A stretch of 64,000 nt of DNA. Origin: an uncultured delta proteobacterium. GTDB taxonomy: Bacteria > Myxococcota > Myxococcia > SLRQ01. Position numbers and translations under genes: made by a program. Within the stretch, counting starts at the first letter, position 1. Each line of letters begins with the position of its first letter. Positions 45,711 through 56,889 of the stretch are shown here, in pieces. Where the stretch lies: contig CAVSGM010000002.1 of NCBI GenBank assembly GCA_963727485.1, forward strand, positions 224,001-288,000, in the 5' to 3' direction. The notes beneath the pieces were generated by a model. That model worked only from the letters and a program-made list of their open reading frames with translations, had not been told where the DNA came from and made no database searches.

Positions 45711-47173
45711 GCCTCGCCCCGACCACCCAGGAGCTGCTGCGCCTGTGGCAGGCCCAGTGGCCCTACGTCCACCTGGAGACCGAGGAGGAGGTCCGGGCCG
45801 GGCGGGCGGCCGCGGCGGCGGCAGCGTCTCTGGGGGTGCCGGTCTACAGCTGGACGGCCACCGGGGGGCTCGGCGGCCGGGATGATCTCGCCAGCCCCGA
45901 GGCGGCGCTCTCGGCGTTCGCCGCCGGGGAGGGGGCGGCCCTGCTCCTCCTCTACGACCTCCACCGGTGGCTCGACGACCGCCGCCTGGTGCGCCACCTC
46001 CGGGACCTGGCCCCGCGCCTCGCCGAGGCCGGCCGGTGCGCCGTGGTGGTGGCGCCGCCCTTCGAGCTCCCCCAGGAGCTCAAGGCCGAGTTCGCGGTGG
46101 TCCCGGTGCCGGCCCCGGACGCCGACGAGCTCGCACAGATCCTCGGCGTCGAACCTGGGGCGGTCGCCTCGCTCCCGCTCATCCAGGCCGCCCAGGGGCT
46201 CCCCGAGGCGGTGGCCCGTCGGGCCTTCGCCGAGGCCCGGAGCGTCACCGGCGGCGACGCGGTGGAGGTGGTCCTCGGGGAGAAGCGCCGCCACCTCCGC
46301 GACGCCTTCGCCCTGGAGGTGGTCCAGGACCGGGTGGGCTTCTCCGCGGTGGGGGGCCTCGAGGCCCTCAAGCAGTGGCTCAGCGAGCGCGCCGGGGCCT
46401 TCACCGACGAGGCCCGCCAGTTCGGCCTCCCGGCGCCCAAGGGGGCGCTCCTCCTCGGGGTCCAGGGCTGCGGCAAGAGCCTCTCGGCCAAGGCGGTGGC
46501 CGACCACTGGCGCCTGCCGCTCCTGCGCCTCGACCTCGCGGCGATCTTCGGCGGCGACACCCCGCCGGAGACGGGGTTGCGCCGGGCCCTCGGGGCCGCG
46601 GAGCAGATGGCGCCCCTGGTCCTCTGGATCGACGAGATCGAGAAGGGCTTCGCCGGCGCCGATCCCGAGGCCGAGGGCGCGGCCCCTGCCGCGGCCCGGG
46701 TCCTCGGCGCCTTCGCCACCTGGCTCCAGGAGAAGACCGCCCCGGTCTTCGTGGTCGCCACCGCCAACGAGGTGAAGGGCCTGCCCCCGGAGCTGCTGCG
46801 ACGGGGCCGCTTCGACGAGATCTTCTTCGTGGACCTCCCCGACGAGCCGGCCCGGGTCGACATCCTCGGGGTCCACCTCCAGCGCCGAGCCCGGGATCCC
46901 GCCCGCTTCCCCGTCGCCGCGCTCGCGGCGAAGACCGAGCACTTCTCCGGCGCCGAGCTGGAGCAGGTGGTGGTCTCGGCCCTCTACCGGGCCTTCGGGG
47001 CAGGGCGGAACCTCGACGGTGACGACCTGGTCCGCGCCGCCGCCGACACCGTGCCCCTCTACCGGACCTACGAGGAGCGGGTGAAGGCGCTGCGGGCCTG
47101 GGCCAAGGGCCGGGCGCGCCCGGCGGGCCGCGCCGAGGCGGTGGTCGACCTGCTCCGGGGCGGCGCGGGGTAG
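45707..47173 (+). CDS. AAA family ATPase (Ycf46-like)
   Basis: GGLEALKQW, GVQGCGKS, WIDEIEK and RRGRFDEIFFVDLP. Confidence 0.9.
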   Translation: MSLAPTTQELLRLWQAQWPYVHLETEEEVRAGRAAAAAAASLGVPVYSWTATGGLGGRDDLASPEAALSAFAAGEGAALLLLYDLHRWLDDRRLVRHLRDLAPRLAEAGRCAVVVAPPFELPQELKAEFAVVPVPAPDADELAQILGVEPGAVASLPLIQAAQGLPEAVARRAFAEARSVTGGDAVEVVLGEKRRHLRDAFALEVVQDRVGFSAVGGLEALKQWLSERAGAFTDEARQFGLPAPKGALLLGVQGCGKSLSAKAVADHWRLPLLRLDLAAIFGGDTPPETGLRRALGAAEQMAPLVLWIDEIEKGFAGADPEAEGAAPAAARVLGAFATWLQEKTAPVFVVATANEVKGLPPELLRRGRFDEIFFVDLPDEPARVDILGVHLQRRARDPARFPVAALAAKTEHFSGAELEQVVVSALYRAFGAGRNLDGDDLVRAAADTVPLYRTYEERVKALRAWAKGRARPAGRAEAVVDLLRGGAG

Positions 47174-47246
47174 GGCGCCTTGCGGGTGCCGCCGGGATGG
47201 GCCCCGCTGGCCCTCGCCGGCGGGTTCTGGTAACCAGCACGGCGCC

Positions 47247-48113
47247 ATGACCAAGGACATCCTCGGCGTCATCGGAGGCAGCGGCCTCTACGACTTCCCC
47301 GGCCTCACCGACGTGGAGCGCGTCTCCCTGGACACGCCCTTCGGCAAACCCTCGGATGTCTACGTCCGGGGCAAGGTCGGCGACACCACGGTGGTCTTCC
47401 TCCCGCGGCACGGGGTGGGGCACCGGCTCACGCCCACCGAGATCAACCACCGGGCGAACATCTGGGGGATGAAGAAGCTCGGGGTCACCCGCATCCTCTC
47501 CATCAGCGCCGTGGGATCCATGCAGGAGCGCATCAAGCCCGGCGACGTGGTGGTGGTCGACCAGTTCTTCGACCGCACCAAGACCCGCATCCCCACCTTC
47601 TTCGGCGACGGCCTGGTGGCCCACGTGGCCTTCGCCGACCCGGTCTGCGGCGAGCTCGCCGAGGTGGTCCACGCGGCGGCCAAGGGCACCGACGGCGGCA
47701 CCCACCAGGGCGGCACCTACGTGTGCATGGAGGGCCCGGCGTTCTCCACCCGCGCCGAGTCGCGCATCTACCGCCAGTGGGGCGTGGAGGTCATCGGGAT
47801 GACCAACGTCCCCGAGGCCAAGCTCGCCCGGGAGGCGGAGCTCTGCTACGCCACCTTGGCGCTGGCCACCGACTACGACTGCTGGCACGAGACCGAGGAC
47901 GACGTCACCGTGGACGCGGTGGTGGCCATCCTCAAGAAGAACGTGGCCCGGGCCCAGGAGGTCATCCGCGGGGTCGCAGCCAAGCTCCCCGAGGCCCGCG
48001 GCTGCGCCTGCGGCCACGCCCTCGACCACGCCATCCTCACCGATCCCACGACCATCCCCCCCGAGACCCGGAAGCGTCTCGCGCTCATCGTCGACCGGGT
48101 CCTGCCCCGGTAG
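47247..48113 (+). CDS. mtnP: S-methyl-5'-thioadenosine phosphorylase
   Basis: GVIGGSG, RHG, EGPAFSTRAES, IGMT and TDYDCW. Confidence 0.93.
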   Translation: MTKDILGVIGGSGLYDFPGLTDVERVSLDTPFGKPSDVYVRGKVGDTTVVFLPRHGVGHRLTPTEINHRANIWGMKKLGVTRILSISAVGSMQERIKPGDVVVVDQFFDRTKTRIPTFFGDGLVAHVAFADPVCGELAEVVHAAAKGTDGGTHQGGTYVCMEGPAFSTRAESRIYRQWGVEVIGMTNVPEAKLAREAELCYATLALATDYDCWHETEDDVTVDAVVAILKKNVARAQEVIRGVAAKLPEARGCACGHALDHAILTDPTTIPPETRKRLALIVDRVLPR

Positions 48114-48135
48114 CGCCACCTTCGGAGGTACACGC

Positions 48136-49071
48136 ATGTCCCTGCTCGTCGTCGGCTCCATGGCCCTGGACTCCATCGAGACACCCTTCGAGCAGCGCGA
48201 CGACGTGTGGGGCGGCTCGGCCACCTACTTCTCCGCCGCCGCCTCGCACTTCACCGAGGTGGAGCTCGTGGCCGTCGTGGGCAACGACTTCCCCGAGCCG
48301 GTCCTCGACTACCTGAAGAGCCGGCAGGTCGACCTCGCGGGCATCCACCGCGCCGACGGCCCCACCTTCCGCTGGAAGGGCCGCTACAGCTACACCCTCG
48401 AGGACCGCGAGACCCTCGACACCCAGCTCGGGGTCTTCGAGCACTTCGATCCCAAGATCCCCGAGGCCTACCGGGACGCCGAGCTGGTCTTCCTCGCCAA
48501 CATCGACCCGGACCTCCAGCGCCAGGTCCTCGAGCAGGTGAAGGGGCCGCGGCTGGTCGCCTGCGACACCATGAACTTCTGGATCTCGGGGAAGCCCGAG
48601 TCCCTGAAGCAGACCCTCTCCAAGGTCGACCTGCTCATCATCAACGACGGGGAGGCGCGTCAGCTCGCCGGTGAGCACAACATCGTCCGGGCGGCGAAGG
48701 TCATCCGGGAGATGGGCCCCAAGCGCCTCATCGTGAAGCGCGGCGAGTACGGGGCGACCCTCTTCGACGGCGACCACGTCTTCGTGGCCCCGGCGTTCCC
48801 CCTCTACGACGTGGTCGATCCCACCGGCGCCGGCGACAGCTTCGCCGGGGGCCTCATGGGCTACCTCGCCGGCGTCGAAGAGGTGAACAGCACCACGTTG
48901 CGCCAGGCGATGATCGCCGGGAGCGCCCTGGCGTCGTTCACCGTCCAGGGCTTCGGCCTCGACCGCCTCAAGACGGTGCACAACGGCGAGATCTCCGAGC
49001 GGGCCCAGGCCTTCAAGGCCCTGACCCACTTCGACGAGATCGGCGACGCGGCCCTGCGAACGGTGGCTTGA
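48136..49071 (+). CDS. PfkB family carbohydrate/nucleoside kinase
   Basis: GGSA and DPTGAGDSFAGG. Confidence 0.92.
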   Translation: MSLLVVGSMALDSIETPFEQRDDVWGGSATYFSAAASHFTEVELVAVVGNDFPEPVLDYLKSRQVDLAGIHRADGPTFRWKGRYSYTLEDRETLDTQLGVFEHFDPKIPEAYRDAELVFLANIDPDLQRQVLEQVKGPRLVACDTMNFWISGKPESLKQTLSKVDLLIINDGEARQLAGEHNIVRAAKVIREMGPKRLIVKRGEYGATLFDGDHVFVAPAFPLYDVVDPTGAGDSFAGGLMGYLAGVEEVNSTTLRQAMIAGSALASFTVQGFGLDRLKTVHNGEISERAQAFKALTHFDEIGDAALRTVA

Positions 49072-49212
49072 CCGGTCGGTAAGGCGTCGCCTAGAATCGC
49101 CTCGGACCGATCGAATATCACCGCCCACCGGGCTTCGGGACCCGGTGGGAGGCGTCGACCGGGGGTGACGTCACGGTGCCTGGTTCCGCGGGGGGGCGAC
49201 CCGCTGCAGGCC

Positions 49213-49587
49213 ATGACAGAAAGACGGCGCATCCATCAAAGGGCTCCCCTCCACCGGCGCGTCTGGTGCGAGAGCGGCAGCATCACGATCTACGCCCAGC
49301 TGGCCAACGTGTCGGAGGGCGGGCTCTTCGTGAAGACCTTCGCCCCCCTCTCCGAGGGGGCGCGGGCCCGGGTGCGCTGGGATCTCGAGGAGCAGGATGG
49401 CGAGATCGAGGCCGAGGCGGTGGTGGTCTGGCGCCGGCAGGGGGACGCGGAGAACCGCAACCCGCCGGGGATGGGCCTGCGCTTCGAGCACATCGACCCC
49501 GACGACGTCGATCGCATCCGCCGCTTCGTGGGCGGCGCCCTCGCGGACGCCGAGTCCGCCGAGTCCGCCGAGAGCGCCGACTCCTAG
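49213..49587 (+). CDS. PilZ-domain protein
   Basis: ERRRIHQR (RxxxR), NVSEGG and GMGLRF. Confidence 0.88.
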   Translation: MTERRRIHQRAPLHRRVWCESGSITIYAQLANVSEGGLFVKTFAPLSEGARARVRWDLEEQDGEIEAEAVVVWRRQGDAENRNPPGMGLRFEHIDPDDVDRIRRFVGGALADAESAESAESADS

Positions 49588-49692
49588 CCGGCGCCGGGAC
49601 CGTCGGCGCGGGTCCGGCCCCGGCGCCGACCGGCCGTCCCCGTTGAGGGTGGAGGCGGTGCGTGCTAGCGTCGGCCGACGGGTGCACGACTG

Positions 49693-50427
49693 ATGCGCAT
49701 CGGCATCTTCTCCGACGTTCATGGAAACCTCGAGGCGTTGACCGGGGTCTTCGCCGCCTACGAGGACCTGGGCGTCGACCGCTACGTGTGTCTCGGGGAC
49801 ATCGTGGGGTATGGCGCCCAGCCCGACGAGTGCGCCAGCCTCATCCGGGAGAAGGCGGACATCGTCATCCTCGGCGACCACGACGCCGCGGTGGCCGGGC
49901 GGATGGACTACTCGTACTACTACGACGCCGCCCGCCGGGCGCTGGACTGGTGTCGGGACCGCCTCACCCAGTCGAACCTCGAGTGGCTCCAGACCCTGCC
50001 CTACGAGGCCGCCGACGGGCCCGAGGTGAAGTACACCCACGGCAACCCCCTGAACCCCCCGGCCTTCGAGTACATCTTCGCCCTCGAGCAGGCCCGGGAG
50101 CTCCTCCCCCACACCGAGCGCCTGGCCCAGGCGAACTTCATCGGCCACTCCCACCTGTGCAAGAGCTTCGCCCTGGGGAACGACGAGGCGGTGGACGTGG
50201 TGGCCCAGCGCTTCGGCCTGCGCAAGGGCTTCCGCTACGTCATCACCGTGGGGAGCGTGGGCCAGCCCCGGGACTACGACAACCGGGCGTGCTGCGGGGT
50301 CTACGACACCGACCAGCACACCTTCGAGTACGTCCGGGTCGAGTACGACATCGAGTCGGCGGCCCGGAAGATCTTCGAGGCCGACCTCGCCCTGAACTTC
50401 GGCAAGCGGCTGTTCCTGGGCATCTAG
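49693..50427 (+). CDS. Metallophosphoesterase family protein
   Basis: SDVHGN, LGDIVGYG, GDHD, GHSH and GSVGQPRD. Confidence 0.92.
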   Translation: MRIGIFSDVHGNLEALTGVFAAYEDLGVDRYVCLGDIVGYGAQPDECASLIREKADIVILGDHDAAVAGRMDYSYYYDAARRALDWCRDRLTQSNLEWLQTLPYEAADGPEVKYTHGNPLNPPAFEYIFALEQARELLPHTERLAQANFIGHSHLCKSFALGNDEAVDVVAQRFGLRKGFRYVITVGSVGQPRDYDNRACCGVYDTDQHTFEYVRVEYDIESAARKIFEADLALNFGKRLFLGI

Positions 50428-50436
50428 GCCCGGGCG

Positions 50437-52718
50437 TCAGCCGCCCACCAGCGACAGGTGGGTGCCCAGGCTGGCGGCGTGGACCGCCCCCTCGGCGTCG
50501 GCGACGAAGAGGCCCAGGTGGTCGTCGACCACCAGGGAGGTGGCGGCGAAGGGCGGGGGAGCTCGGCGTGGCCCAACAGGTCCCCGGTCTCGGCGTCGAG
50601 GGCCACCACCTGCTCCCGGGCGGCGACCACCACCCCCCGGGCGGCGGCGAGGCGGGCGGGGCCGGTGGCCTCCCCGGCGGCGAAGGCGGCCAGGCCCCAC
50701 TGGGGGGTCCCCCGGCCGTCGAAGGCGGCGAGGTGGCCCCGGGCGTCGGCGGCGAAGAGGCGCCCCCGGGTGGGGAGCAGGGCCGGGGCGCCCTCGAGGC
50801 CCGGGAGGAGGCGGCGGGCGAGGCCCCCCGCCCGGAGGACCACCACCGCGGCCTCGCCGGCAGTGCTCCCGCCGATCCACAGGCGGCCGCCGAAGGGGAT
50901 GGCGGCGGAGACCTCGTCCACGGGCAGGGGGTGGAGGCGCAGGCCGTCGCCGGTGACCGCGTCGGCGAGGGCCACCGCCGGGGCGCCGCCGGCCTCTCCG
51001 ACCAGCGCCACCTCGTTGCCCAGGGCCAGGGGTGGGGTGGCGGCGTTGAGGCCGGTGCGCACCCGCCACCGGACCCGGCCGTCGACCGGGTCCAGGCCAT
51101 AGGCGAAGCCCGTGTCGGTGGCCACCAGGACCCCGCCGGGGCCGCCGCCGAGCTCGCAGCGCCGGGCCCCGGGGGGCACGAAGCGCCAGGCGACGGTGCC
51201 GTCGGCCTCGGTGAAGGCGATCACCGAGCGGCCGTCGAGGGACAGGACCAGGCGGTGGGGCGCGCGCAGGTACCGGGGCGCCCCCCAGGGTCCCCCGGGG
51301 CGCTCCGCCGGGGCCGACCAGGCCGTGGCGCCGGCGCTGGTGCACAGGTCGAGGCCCATGGGGCCGGCGAGGAGCACCGGGTCGGTGCGCCGGGGGCCCA
51401 CCCAGAGCGCCTCCACCGCCGGGCGGTCGAAGGCCGGGGCACCGGTGGCCCGGTCGAGGGCGAAGATCCCGTCCTCCCCGGCGACGAGCATCCGCCGCCC
51501 GAAGGGGACGAGCCCCGGGGCCAGGAGCGGCCCGGCGTCGAAGGACCACCGGCGGCGCCAGGCGAGGCGCCGGAGGCGGTGGGGGCCGAGGGGTTGTGCC
51601 GATCCCCGGTCGGTGGCGGCGGTCACGGTGGCGTGGCGCGGGGGCCGCCGGGCGGTGACGTCGCCGTCGAGGAGCTGGCGGCAGTGGGCGTGGAGCTCGG
51701 CGGCGTCGCCGGCGAGGTCCCGGAGGAAGGCGTTGCGGCCCTGGGCCGGGGCCCGGGCGACGAAGGATCGGGCGAGCTCGAGGGCCCCGGTGAGGAGGGC
51801 GTCGGCGAGCTCCAGGGCCCCGGCCTCGCAGGTCCCCTCGGGGCCCGAGACCCGCCCCGCGGCGAGGTCCACCTCGAGCTCCGCGCCGCCGAAGTGGAGG
51901 CGGACCACGTGCTCGTCGTGCTCCCAGGCCGCGAGCAGGTCGACGACCTCCCCGACCAGGGCCCGGAAGGCGAGGAACGGCGGGCCCTCCCACACGGCGA
52001 GGACCGTGCCCCCGGCCCGGAGGCGGACCCGGCCCGGGGCCAGGAGCGAGTGGAGGTCCCCCTCGCCGTCGGGCTCGCAGGTGTCGAGCTGGTCGCCGTC
52101 GTCGCTGAGCTCGAGATCGCAGGCGAGGCGCCCGGCGGGACCCTCGACCCGGGGGGCCGGGCGGGGCGCCGGGGCCTCGGTGGGGGCCGCCTCCCGGGCG
52201 AGGCCCCGGCGGCGCCGGCCCCGGAGGTGTCGCAGGGTGCTGGTCACCGCCGCAGCGTAGGGGCCCCGGGCGAGGGACGGGGCCAGGGCCTCCAGGTCTG
52301 CCAGGATCTCCTCGAGGCAGGCCCGAACCGCGTCGAAGAAGTCCGAGGCGTCGAGCTCCAGGTCCTGGACCCGGACCTCCGGCGGGGGGCCGAGCTGGAC
52401 CAGCGTCAGGGAGAGCGCCGGCCCCCGGCGGACCAGGAGCAGCTCCATGGGGATCGCCCCGAAGGTCACCGAGGCCTTGGGGGCGCCCCGGGCGAGGCGC
52501 TCGGCGGCCCGGGCGAGATCGCCGGCCACCCGGAACACGTCGTCCTCCCGGACCCCGGCGGCGAGGTCGACCCCGTCCACCTCGATGGCGAGGACGTCGA
52601 GGACCTCCGTCTCGGCGAGGGCCCCGCCCCCGGCCGCCAGGCGCAGGAGGGCCTCCCGGTAGGCGGGGTTCAGGCGCCAGGTGCGCCCGACGCGGAGGCG
52701 GAGTCCGGCGGCGTCCAT
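50437..52718 (-). CDS. Protein with a C-terminal PQQ-like beta-propeller, with an apparent frameshift near 50560
   Basis: Repeats ALDRATG, GLDPVDGRVRW and ALDAETG. The C-terminus continues in ORF 50437. Confidence 0.7.
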
Positions 52719-52827
52719 CGGGTCGATGCTAGGGCCGTGGCCACGGGCGGTGCAACCCGATCCCCCCGGATCCCGGGGCGAATCCCGCTTTACGCCAGGA
52801 CCGGTGCGGGCTAGATTCCGACGCCCA

Positions 52828-54024
52828 ATGACCTTCTACGAGGCAGCACTCGAAGTTCTCCGGCGCGAGGGCGCGCCACTTCATTTCCAGCGGATCACCG
52901 AGCTGGCCCTCGACGACAACCTCCTGTCCCACGTGGGCCGGATGCCCGAGGCCATCATGCAGGCGCGCCTGGCGGCCATGGCCCGGCGGGCCGAGGACCG
53001 GCAGGTGGTGGTCGTCGAGCCCGGGGTCTTCGCCCTGACCGACTGGGGCGTCGCGCACGATGACGCCGCCGCCGCCGAGACCGCGCCGAGGCCCCCGGAG
53101 GCCGGGACGCCGCTGCGGCGCAACGAGCGGACCCCGATCACCCTCCAGGACGCCAAGGCGGTCCGCGACGCCGAGCGCAACGGCAAGTTCGAGGCCGAGG
53201 ACCGCGAGGCCCGGCAGCGGGGCCGCAGGCGCCGCTACCAGCCGAAGGGCGACGCCTCCCCGGTGGAGGTCCTCGAGGGTCTCCTCTCCGAGGTGGGCGG
53301 CGGGCCCATCGACCTCACCTACCTGGTCGACGCCGCCGACGCCCACGACGACCTCCCCGAGGGCAGCCCCGCCGACCTCGAGGCCTTCCGGTCCGTGGCC
53401 GAGCAGGAGAACGTCCGCCGGGTGGAGGAGGGTGGGGTGCCCCGCTTCCTCCTCGAGGGCGACCGCATCGACCGGATCCCCGAGCCCGCCGGCGAGGAGC
53501 CCGCTCCGTCCGCCGAGGCCGTCCGCCCCCGGCGCCGCCCCGAGGCCGTCTCCGGCGTCGCCAAGGCCCTGGTCCAGGCCCTCGGTGGCCTGAAGCCCGC
53601 CGGCGTCGAGGCCCTGGCCCTCGCCCTCGGCGAGCACTTCGGGCTCACCGACGTGAAGGTCGCCAAGCGCTCGGCCAAGGGCAGCCCCCTGTTCACCGGC
53701 TTCGTTCGCCCCGGGGTGGGGCAGCTCCGGGTGGCGGTGCGGGTCCTGGTCCGGGGCCGCGACGTCCGCCCCGACGACGTCGACGAGGTCCGCGCCGACC
53801 TCGACCACTACAGCGCCGCCGGTGGGGTCATCGTCACCACCGGACGCGCCGACCGCCAGGCCCGCTCCCGGGTCGAGGACATGTCCCAGAAGCCCGTGGC
53901 GGTCCTCGACGGCGAGGCCCTGGCCCGGCTCTGCATCCGCGCCGGCATCGGGGTGCGGGTCCACCTCGAGGAGGCCCTCGAGGCCGACCCCGCGTCCCTC
54001 AAGGCCTTCGGAACCCGCAAGTGA
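52828..54024 (+). CDS. HARE-HTH domain plus C-terminal Mrr-like restriction endonuclease domain protein
   Basis: N-terminus MTFYEAALEVLRREGAPLHFQRITELAL. C-terminus V...DVDEVR...GVIVTTG...AVLDGEAL. Confidence 0.7.
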   Translation: MTFYEAALEVLRREGAPLHFQRITELALDDNLLSHVGRMPEAIMQARLAAMARRAEDRQVVVVEPGVFALTDWGVAHDDAAAAETAPRPPEAGTPLRRNERTPITLQDAKAVRDAERNGKFEAEDREARQRGRRRRYQPKGDASPVEVLEGLLSEVGGGPIDLTYLVDAADAHDDLPEGSPADLEAFRSVAEQENVRRVEEGGVPRFLLEGDRIDRIPEPAGEEPAPSAEAVRPRRRPEAVSGVAKALVQALGGLKPAGVEALALALGEHFGLTDVKVAKRSAKGSPLFTGFVRPGVGQLRVAVRVLVRGRDVRPDDVDEVRADLDHYSAAGGVIVTTGRADRQARSRVEDMSQKPVAVLDGEALARLCIRAGIGVRVHLEEALEADPASLKAFGTRK

Positions 54025-54521
54025 CCCGCGCCGGGCTGGTCCTCGCCTGCGGCCTGGTCGCCTTCGCCGGGGCCTGTCACCGGTCGCCGGCGGCGCGCCA
54101 GGGTGATCGGAACGCGCCTCTGGTGAAGCAGGCCATCACCGGAGGGGCCGCGGCCCGGAAGGCGGCCCTGGGCAGGCTCGCCGGCCGCCGGGACCCGGAC
54201 CTGGTCCCCGACCTCGCCGCCCATCTCACCGACGAGGATCCCGACCACGTGGTCCGGGCCATCCACGCCCTGGTGGCCGTGGACGATCCCCGGGCGGTGC
54301 CGCCCCTCATCGATCTCTCGCGCCTCACCGACCCGAGCTTCACCCCGGTGGTCCTCGCGGCCATCGGCCACCTCGGGGGCCGGGAGGCCCGGGCGTACCT
54401 GTTCACCGTGGAGACCGGTGGCCGGACCGCCGGGGTCCGGGCCGCGGCCCGGGACGCCCGGAAGGCCCTGGAGGCCCGCCTCTCGGCCCGGGCCGCCGCC
54501 GACACCGACCGCGGAGGGTGA
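54021..54521 (+). CDS. HEAT-repeat lipoprotein
   Basis: Lipobox AGAC and HEAT-like LTDEDPDHVVRAIHAL. Confidence 0.7.
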   Translation: MTRAGLVLACGLVAFAGACHRSPAARQGDRNAPLVKQAITGGAAARKAALGRLAGRRDPDLVPDLAAHLTDEDPDHVVRAIHALVAVDDPRAVPPLIDLSRLTDPSFTPVVLAAIGHLGGREARAYLFTVETGGRTAGVRAAARDARKALEARLSARAAADTDRGG

Positions 54522-54522
54522 C

Positions 54523-55140
54523 ATGACCCGCACGCCCCGCCTCGCCGCCGCCGTCCTGGTCCTGGCCCTCGCCGGCTGCGCCCACGCGCCGCCCCCGAAG
54601 CCAGAGCCCCCGCCGCCGCCCGTCGGCCTCGAGGTCCGCCCCTACTTCCCCCTGGCCGTGGGGAACACCTGGACCTACCAGGGCCACCTCCTGGGCGAGT
54701 CCGTCCGGCACACCGTGACCCTCGTCGCCCACCGGGACGGATGGTTCGTGGACAGCGAGGGGCAGCGCTACCGCCTCGACGGCCGGGGTCTCCGGGCGCC
54801 CCTGCGCTACCTCATCCAGGGGCCGCTGGCCCAGGGCCACACCTGGAAGGCGGTGGTGAGCATCTCCAGCACCGAGCACTACGAGATCACCGACACCGGG
54901 ATCCCCGCCTACGTCCCCGCCGGCCACTTCCAGGGGTGCCTCAAGGTCCTGGCCCGGAACCGTCACGACGCCCGGCGGACCCTGTTCATGGAGAGCACCT
55001 ACTGCCCGAAGGTGGGCCTGGTCCACCTGCGCACCTGGATGGACGTCGCCGACAAGGGCCGGGTGCCCCAGAGTGAGCTGATGCTGGTGCGCTACCACCT
55101 GGTGACGCCGGCGGCGGGGGCCCAGGGGCAAGGCCGGTGA
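54523..55140 (+). CDS. Putative lipoprotein
   Basis: Lipobox LAGC, YFPLAVGNTWTY, VPAGHF..C and YCPKVGLV. Confidence 0.75.
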   Translation: MTRTPRLAAAVLVLALAGCAHAPPPKPEPPPPPVGLEVRPYFPLAVGNTWTYQGHLLGESVRHTVTLVAHRDGWFVDSEGQRYRLDGRGLRAPLRYLIQGPLAQGHTWKAVVSISSTEHYEITDTGIPAYVPAGHFQGCLKVLARNRHDARRTLFMESTYCPKVGLVHLRTWMDVADKGRVPQSELMLVRYHLVTPAAGAQGQGR

Positions 55141-56474
55141 CGGCGCCCCGGGAGATCCCCGTCGGCCTCCTGGGCTTTGGCAACGTGGGCACCGGGGTCC
55201 TCCGGATCCTCGAGACCCACGCCGAGGCCATCGCCAGCCGCCTCGGCGCCCAGGTCGCGGTCCGACGGGTCGCCGTCCGGGACCCGTCCAAGCCCCGGGA
55301 CGTCGACCTCCCCGAGGGGGCGCGCCTGTGCACCGCCGAGGAGCTCCTCGCCGACCCGGAGATCGCCATCGTGGTCGAGGTCATGGGCGGCCTGGAGCCG
55401 GCGCGCACGCACGTCCTGAAGGCCCTCGAGGCGGGCAAGCACGTGGTCACCGCCAACAAGAGCCTGCTGGCCACCCACGGCGACGAGATCTTCGCCCTGG
55501 CCTCCAAGCAGGGCCTCGACGTCTTCTACGAGGCCGCCGTCGGCGGCGGCATCCCGGTGATCCGCACCCTCCGGGAGGCCCTGGCCTCGGACCGGGTCCA
55601 GGCGGTCTGCGGCATCGTCAACGGGACCACCAACTTCATCCTGAGCGAGATCGCCGCCACCGGCCGGGCCTTCGAGACGGTCCTCGCCGAGGCCCAGGCC
55701 CGGGGCTACGCCGAGGCCGATCCCACCATGGACGTGGACGGCCACGACGCCGCCCAGAAGCTCTCGCTGCTGGCCGCCATCGCCTTCGGGATCCGGGTCG
55801 CCCCCGGCGAGGTCCACGTCGAGGGCATCCGCGAGCTGACCCCCGTCGACCTCGCGGCGGCGGCGGAGTTCGGCTACGTGGTCAAGCTCCTGGCCATCGG
55901 CCGACGCCATGACGACGGGGCGGTGGAGCTGCGGGTCCACCCGACCCTCATCCCCGAGGCCTCGCTCCTCGCCAACGTCGGCGGCGCCTTCAACGCGGTG
56001 CTGGTCACCTCCGACTCCCTGGGCCCCTCACTCCTCTACGGCCAGGGCGCCGGGAGCCTCCCCACCGGCTCGGCGGTGGTCGCCGACGTCATCGACTCCG
56101 CCCGGAGCGTGCTCCTGGGCACCACCGGCCGCATCCCCCACCGGGCCACCCGGGACGCCTTCATCCAGGACCTCCGGCCCCGGCCCATGGGCGAGATCGC
56201 CTGCGCCCACTACCTCCGGTTCACCGTCCGCGACGAGCCCGGGGTCCTGGGGCGCATCGCCTCCATGCTCGGCGACTACGACATCAGCATCGCCTCCCTG
56301 GTCCAGAAGGAGCGCCCGGCGCAGGGCGGCGACCCGGTGGCGGTGGTGGTCATGACCCACGAGGCCCTCGAGGCCTCGGTGGCCGGCGCCGTGGAGACCA
56401 TCGACCGCCTGCCCTTCGTCCAGGCCCCGACGCGCCACCTGCGCATCGAGACCGAGCCCCCGGTGATCGCCTGA
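55137..56474 (+). CDS. hom: Homoserine dehydrogenase with ACT domain
   Basis: [29 protein letters not shown] and DAAQKL. Confidence 0.96.
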   Translation: MTAPREIPVGLLGFGNVGTGVLRILETHAEAIASRLGAQVAVRRVAVRDPSKPRDVDLPEGARLCTAEELLADPEIAIVVEVMGGLEPARTHVLKALEAGKHVVTANKSLLATHGDEIFALASKQGLDVFYEAAVGGGIPVIRTLREALASDRVQAVCGIVNGTTNFILSEIAATGRAFETVLAEAQARGYAEADPTMDVDGHDAAQKLSLLAAIAFGIRVAPGEVHVEGIRELTPVDLAAAAEFGYVVKLLAIGRRHDDGAVELRVHPTLIPEASLLANVGGAFNAVLVTSDSLGPSLLYGQGAGSLPTGSAVVADVIDSARSVLLGTTGRIPHRATRDAFIQDLRPRPMGEIACAHYLRFTVRDEPGVLGRIASMLGDYDISIASLVQKERPAQGGDPVAVVVMTHEALEASVAGAVETIDRLPFVQAPTRHLRIETEPPVIA

Positions 56475-56878
56475 TGGTCCCCTGCCGGCTCCGGGTCATC
56501 TACGGCGACACCGACCAGATGGGGGTCGTGTACTACGCCAACTACCTCCGGTTCTTCGAGGCGGGCCGCAACGAGCTGTGCCGGGCCTGCGACATCCCCT
56601 ACCGGGAGCTCGAGGTCCGCGGCTTCCTGCTCCCGGTGACCGAGGTCAGTGCCCGGTACCGGCGCCCGGCCCGGTACGACGACCTGGTGGTGGTGGAGAC
56701 CCACCTCGGCCGCATCGGCCGCGCCCAGCTCCGCTTCGAGTACGCGGTGCGCCGGGAGGCCGACGGGGAGCTGCTCTGCACCGGACACACCGTCCACGCC
56801 TGCCTCGGCGAGGGGGGCCGGCCCACCCGCCTGCCCCGGGATCTCGTCGAGCGCCTCAAGAAGACCCTCGAGCCCTGA
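56474..56878 (+). CDS. Acyl-CoA thioesterase (YbgC/4HBT family)
   Basis: [20 protein letters not shown]. Confidence 0.92.
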   Translation: MVPCRLRVIYGDTDQMGVVYYANYLRFFEAGRNELCRACDIPYRELEVRGFLLPVTEVSARYRRPARYDDLVVVETHLGRIGRAQLRFEYAVRREADGELLCTGHTVHACLGEGGRPTRLPRDLVERLKKTLEP

Positions 56879-56889
56879 AGGGGGACGTC

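Noticed and set aside
45617..47173. GspE C-terminus fused to the AAA ATPase
   Set aside because: Explained by indels at ~45550 and ~45685. An ATGA start/stop overlap at 45707-45710 indicates two separate genes.
49864..49884. GDHD in place of the usual GNHD in the metallophosphoesterase
   Set aside because: A single-base difference in an error-prone assembly, with all other motifs intact.
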